DNA of 63,914 nt, counting the filler, from Thraustochytrium aureum (lineage: Eukaryota), in assembly GCA_012862495.1 (NCBI GenBank). It is 6 parts of one record of this genome, joined end to end, with 100 filler letters (N's around TTAATTAATTAA, not from the genome) between each part and the next. Parts side by side here need not be neighbours in the genome. Positions count along the whole stretch, not along the records: positions 55,698 to 63,914 come from BLSG01000216.1; 5 more parts are not named here. One strand, written 5' to 3'. Shown here piece by piece: positions 58,628-63,914 of the stretch (the stretch's first letter is position 1; each line of letters starts with the position of its first letter). The notes under the pieces were generated by a model. The model was not told where the DNA came from. It ran no database searches and saw nothing but the letters and a program-made list of their open reading frames with translations. Position numbers and translations under genes: made by a program.

Positions 58628-59489
58628 CGTGACCCAGCGACACGCCTCCCGCGCGCGCGCGCCTTCCTCGCAGCAGCGGCTCGCCGACTAGCCGTTCGAT
58701 GGATGCCGGTCTCCTTCGCGCCGCGACACGGCAGCCGTCCCAGCTCCGCTGCAGCCTCCGTTCGCGGTCTGCGGCGCCGTTTGACGGACTCCTGCACGTC
58801 GCCCTTGGTCGCTCAACTCCAAACTCCACAGCCAAAAAATCCTTTCCAAGCGTTCTTGAATCTCCGTACCACAGTGTAAAAGAATCACAGAAGAGTCCTG
58901 ACGTCGATGTGAGCAGCGTGCCGTGCAGGTTCCCTCAGCTCCTGAGATCGATGTGAGGAGAACACCTGCGCGGCTTCGCTTCTGCTTGCAACTGACGGCG
59001 ATGAGAGGGGAGATTCTCTCCACTGTGTGGAGGCAGGGCGCCCTTGTGCGGGCGAGATTCACATGCGGGTCCCGCGGCTTGAAAGGGCTTGAAAAGCATT
59101 GAAAGGGCTCGAAAGGTGAAATTGGAAACGATCGTGTCTCGGTGCCCTCACATGCAGGGAGTGCCACAATGGTCTCCAGCGCGATGGACAGTGCAAGGAA
59201 GAGCAGCGAGCGGCGAGCGGCTCCACGGAGAGCGCGACAGTGGCGCAGGCGCCGCAGGTCGCGAACGNNNNNNNNNNNNNNNNNNNNNNNNNNNNNNNNN
59301 NNNNNNNNNNNNNNNNNNNNNNNNNNNNNNNNNNNNNNNNNNNNNNNNNNNNNNNNNNNNNNNNNNNNNNNNNNNNNNNNNNNNNNNNNNNNNNNNNNNN
59401 NNNNNNNNNNNNNNNNNNNNNNNNNNNNNNNNNNNNCGCGCAGCGGCAGGGGCGCTGGCGAAGCCGGGGCGGGGCTGCCTCCGCTGGGG

Positions 59490-60859
59490 ATGCAGGCAGA
59501 GGCTATGGCGAGGCACGCGACGGGACGTATCGTGTCGGGGCGCTTTGTGTTTATGGCGGTGTTTGTGGTCGGGTTTGTGACCTGGAATTTGATGTCGTTC
59601 AGGGGGCTCGTCGTGGAGGACACGAGCTCGACGGACGGTGTCACGGTCGCCGAGCAAGGCGATATCGACCTGGCGAGGCATCGCAGCGAGATCCGTGAGG
59701 AGCTTGAGCTTCGAAAGAGCGCCGCTGAGCAGGAGGTCGCGTACGGCGAAAATGGGAACGTGGAGGCTGAGGAAGACCAGGACGCCGGCTTTGCAGAGCC
59801 GGAGGAGAAGGACCTGTTCGAGGGGGCAGAGACGTGGCTGCGCCACGGAAAGAGCCTAGACGGGGCGCAAGTGGTCTGCACTGTCGCGCGCAACCCGCGC
59901 CAAGGGAGCATCTTCCGAACGAACTTGATGGCCGAACTCGGGAGCGGCAAGTACACGTATCAGCTTCGGCAACTCGGGCGGTGCCGGAGTGGCGAGCCGC
60001 GCGTCCGAATGGTGCCCTATGTCAAGTGTTGCATGGACCTCGCGGAAGTGCAACGCACGCTGTTGACCTCCGTGAAGAACTTTGACATCGTTATTGTGAC
60101 TGGCGACGAGTACTGCGCCGTGAAGAGCACAGGATTCCAGTACCGGCAGTACCACGGCGACAATGTGATGGGCAAGGGGCCGGTGTCGCCTCTCACGGGC
60201 GCGCCCTCCCCGCTGTTCTTCCCGCTTGGCCCCCGGTCGGAGTTCAAGCGCGTAGACCGCGAGGACGTCATCCCCGCGTCGAAACGAAAGTTCTCGCTCA
60301 ACTTTATGGGGTCGCCCACGTCGGTGTCTCGCGTGGCTCTGCGGAACAAGTTTTCTACCGAGGCTTGGAAGTCGAGCGCGCTGGCCCTCGAGTCGGTTAT
60401 CAAGATCACAGAGTCCTGGAGCCAGACCGTCGACACGAGCAAGGGCTACGTGACCCCCGAGGAGTACCGCGAAGTGCTTTTGCAGAGCCGGTTCACACTC
60501 TGCCCCACGGGCCACAACCCAGAAGCGTACCGAATCTACGAAGCGCTAGAGTCCGGGTCCATTCCCGTTTTGGTTGTCGGGGACGCCTCGTATACCAAGC
60601 ACAAGTGCCAGAGCGCATACCGGCCGCTCATCGAGGCCGGGGCCCCCTTATTCTCCTGCGGGGCTGGGACGAGCTGGAGGCGTTCATGGCCGCCGATGGC
60701 AGCAACATGACCTTTGTGCGAGAACGGCAGCTCGCCGCGCTTGATTGGTTCCCCAAGTACATGCGAAGCGTCGCGCTCGAGTTCGAGTCGCACTTGGAGA
60801 TGCGATTCGCGGAGCGAAGGCGGCGCGCCCAAAGAGCGGCGGGGTTGAAGACTGTGTAG
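59490..60859 (+). CDS. Type II membrane exostosin/GT47-like glycosyltransferase (RXYLT1/TMEM5-like); indel near 60648
   Basis: N-terminal TM FVFMAVFVVGFVTWNL; acidic stem; TGDEYC, FPLGPR.EF, LNFMGS..S.SR, EYREVLLQSRFTLCPTGHNPEAYRIYEALESGSIPV, AP(F)ILLRGWDEL. Confidence 0.75.
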
Positions 60860-61258
60860 CGCGGCCCGGAGCGGTCGGATTGCTTGGCAGTAGGCTAGGC
60901 AGCCGCCGCCGTCAGAGTTAGGTTTTGTGTGCTGGGGTGTTCTAGTGGCTGCTCCGCGATGGCACAGGGGGTGTTTTCGAGCTTGTTTGCTGCCGTCGGC
61001 CTGGTGGTTGTTAGACTAAACCGAAAGAGCTTTGCAGGAAAGGCCTTGGCGTGGCACCCGAAGGCGGGTTTGGGCATCTCCTGGCGCGCGCTACCGAGGC
61101 GGGCGGCACTCCCCCTTCGCCAGACTAAACGGGTGCCTCCAGCGAATCCCCCCCGCCCCCCACCCCCAAAAAAATACGGGTTGCACTGCACAACACAGCG
61201 GAACATCAAGGCCGCGAAAGAAAAAAGAAGCCACTGTTTCACGGGTACGCGATTTAGT

Positions 61259-61568
61259 TCATGGTAGGCATAAGGCTTGGGCTCGAGCAAACGTGCTCAT
61301 CTTCTTCGCACGGTCTTTCTTCGGGATCATTTGAAGCGGGGAAAACCGCTGTGGTGGCATCGGCAAAAGCCCTGACAAGCCCAAGACCCGCGCCACGCGG
61401 TCCGTCGGCTGCGCGCCGCACGCAATCCAGTACTTGACGCGCTCTTCCTTGACCCGAATCTCGCGCAGGCCTTCCTTGTTCGGGATGGGGTCAAACGTGC
61501 CGAGGATCTCCAAGTGCTTCCCGTCACGCGGGGCGCGCGAGTCCGCAGCGACAATCCGATAGAACGGC
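61259..61568 (-). CDS. MRPS16: Mitochondrial ribosomal protein S16 (bS16m), N-terminus in gap
   Basis: PFYRIVAADSRAPRDGKHLEILGTFDP..ERVKYWIACGAQPTDRVARVL. Confidence 0.93.
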
Positions 61569-62269
61569 NNNNNNNNNNNNNNNNNNNNNNNNNNNNNNNN
61601 NNNNNNNNNNNNNNNNNNNNNNNNNNNNNNNNNNNNNNNNNNNNNNNNNNNNNNNNNNNNNNNNNNNNNNNNNNNNNNNNNNNNNNNNNNNNNNNNNNNN
61701 NNNNNNNNNNNNNNNNNNNNNNNNNNNNNNNNNNNNNNNNNNNNNNNNNNNNNNNNNNNNNNNNNNNNNNNNNNNNNNNNNNNNNNNNNNNNNNNNNNNN
61801 NNNNNNNNNNNNNNNNNNNNNNNNNNNNNNNNNNNNNNNNNNNNNNNNNNNNNNNNNNNNNNNNNNNNNNNNNNNNNNNNNNNNNNNNNNNNNNNNNNNN
61901 NNNNNNNNNNNNNNNNNNNNNNNNNNNNNNNNNNNNNNNNNNNNNNNNNNNNNNNNNNNNNNNNNNNNNNNNNNNNNNNNNNNNNNNNNNNNNNNNNNNN
62001 NNNNNNNNNNNNNNNNNNNNNNNNNNNNNNNNNNNNNNNNNNNNNNNNNNNNNNNNNNNNNNNNNNNNNNNNNNNNNNNNNNNNNNNNNNNNNNNNNNNN
62101 NNNNNNNNNNNNNNNNNNNNNNNNNNNNNNNNNNNNNNNNNNNNNNNNNNNNNNNNNNNNNNNNNNNNNNNNNNNNNNNNNNNNNNNNNNNNNNNNNNNN
62201 NNNNNNNNNNNNNNNNNNNNNNNNNNNNNNNNNNNNNNNNNNNNNNNNNNNNNNNNNNNNNNNNNNNNN

Positions 62270-63914
62270 GCCTGGCGGTTTTTTGCGGTCTTCCGCGTGA
62301 GCGTTGCGGTTGCGCTGCTGCAGGTCGCCCTTGTCGCAGCGAGGCACCGCCACAGCGTGGTGCGTAGGCGCGTCTTCGCGAAGGGCGTCCATGCGGCTCG
62401 AACGATCGTCCTCTTCGCCCACATGCACATTTTGCACGGCGCTGTTGGATGGTGTGCCGCGGCCCTGTTCACATCCGTGCTCAAGCACTTTGGGGCCTTT
62501 GACGGAGAGGTGGGCGGGGATCTCGCGCGGTCGGCTGGGTTCGCTGGGGGGGCCACTTTCTCGCTGTTCTATTTCGCCACCAGCCGGAACGAGCTCAATT
62601 TCCCGCTCCTGCAGCAAAGACGTCTAGCCAGAGCTAGGGCGTCTGCCGCGCGCGTCCTCGTCGCCGCCTTCTGGACGGGACTGCTCGCTGCGGGCTGTAT
62701 GGCTGCTGCTGGGGCCTTCGGGCCGCATCTCCATATCGGCGATGCCGACGTAGGCGCAGCGACGCCGGAGCAACAGGGCGGCGGTCTGTGGCGACCAACA
62801 CCCCGCTTCGCCCAAGCGTTCGTGTACGCGTGGGCGACCGGCGTTGTTTTCAGCGTCGCAGCTGAAATGTACACAATCTTTATGACCGAGGCCAAGCGCA
62901 TCGGTCTGTGCACGCGGTACCCCGTGGGCGAGGCCGAAGAGCTCGACCTGCTCTCGCACATCGTGCTGGACGCCGCCCCAGGGTCGCTGGAGGAAGCCTT
63001 GTTGAGCTTGCCCCTCGTAGCGGGGGCCCTCGGGCGAGAGGCGCTTGACGAATTCAAGGCGGGCGGTCCCACTGCCGCGCGAACTTCGCTCCTGCTCGAG
63101 TTTGCCAAAGTCAACGAGTTGCAATCCCGCCGAAAAATGCGATCAAGGAGGCAGCGCGCGGTGGCTTCGGCGGGGGACGAGGAGCGGGACCAAGACGACA
63201 GGCAAGCAGCAGCTGCGTCCCTGCACGCCTGGTGGGTCCAGACTTGCGAAACGAACGCGCCTCGGCCGGGCTCTGCACGCGACTCGAAAAGGGTCGCAGC
63301 CTTGCGCCAGCGCCGCTTTGATGCAGTGGTCCAAGCCATTTACACCGCAGACGCCAGCCACCCGGGCTATGCCTTTTGGAACAGACGCCGGCAGTCCGCG
63401 ACGACCGAAATCTCTCGCGCTCGAGCCTTTCTTGACCTCGCTGCTCTGAGCGAGCAGGCTGAAGCCCGCCGGCGTGCGATCTTCGAATCCCCACGTGCCT
63501 GGATGGCTGTTTTCGAGGCGTGCACGGCCAATTTGGATGCCCTCACGATTGCGCTGACGGTGGCAACGCGCCGCGCAGCGCTCGAGCCGACGGTGCCGCT
63601 GACATCAACGGGGCACTCTCTGATGGACGTCTTCGTCCTGGGGCCGCTCCCTGACGAGCTCGAGGCGCTCGACCCCCGCCAACGCCGCGAGTTGGCGTGG
63701 AAGGCCGAGTTTGCTGCGCGGCGCCTCCGCCGCCAACCATGGGTCTCTGTTCAGTGGTGGCGTGGTGTTGCGCTCTCCCAGTTTTACGAGCACGACCCGG
63801 TCGCCACGCAGTTTGCCATGGAAACGGCGGAGCTTGGAGTCAGACTCTCCTCAACGGCTGCGCCGCACATGGCCGGCCGCCCAGAGCAGCGATTCGGCCT
63901 CGACGTCGCCGCCC
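62270..63914 (+). CDS. NDC1: Nucleoporin NDC1 (TMEM48) homolog, both ends truncated; absent from the ORF track
   Basis: Frame open from the gap to the window end; multiple TM helices; GFAGGATFSLFYF....LNFPLLQQ, YTIFMTE, RAFLDLAALSE....RRRAIF...AW..VFEAC resemble NDC1 motifs. Confidence 0.68.

Noticed and set aside
63470..63500. TTCGAATCCC resembling a tRNA T-arm
   Set aside because: Lacks GGTTCRA context and cloverleaf; lies inside the NDC1-like ORF.

Overview
Gene-dense, GC-rich eukaryotic nuclear DNA from a flagellated protist. It has short GT-AG introns with CTAAC/CTGAC branch points, a flagellar dynein-assembly gene, a POP-type organellar DNA polymerase and an EW-type gnd. A stramenopile such as a labyrinthulomycete is plausible but is inference. 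The window is not contiguous: six scaffolds are joined by artificial N44-TTAATTAATTAA-N44 spacers, with many internal N gaps and single-base indels at short homopolymers (pyrosequencing-like) that split genes. About 25 protein genes can be reconstructed, including a P2C-type ATPase, prohibitin, prefoldin 2, ARPC3, PAH, a RAD5-like helicase, WNK, POP, PAN2, 6PGD, LRRC6, RsmH, TauE, an RXYLT1-like GT47, mtS16 and NDC1. The most unusual items are: (i) a signal-peptide-bearing methyltransferase + GT2-like + GT4 multidomain glycan enzyme of bacterial type; (ii) an OS-9-type MRH lectin fused to an EDEM3-like GH47-PA mannosidase; (iii) a secreted bacterial-type polysaccharide deacetylase-like protein; (iv) a lectin/PSI/TM/WW receptor-like protein; (v) a P2C ATPase with PQGL instead of PEGL; (vi) an alkyltransferase-like protein with CPYYR. 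No rRNA, tRNA, CRISPR array or transposon could be supported. Family calls are from motif recognition only; no searches were run.
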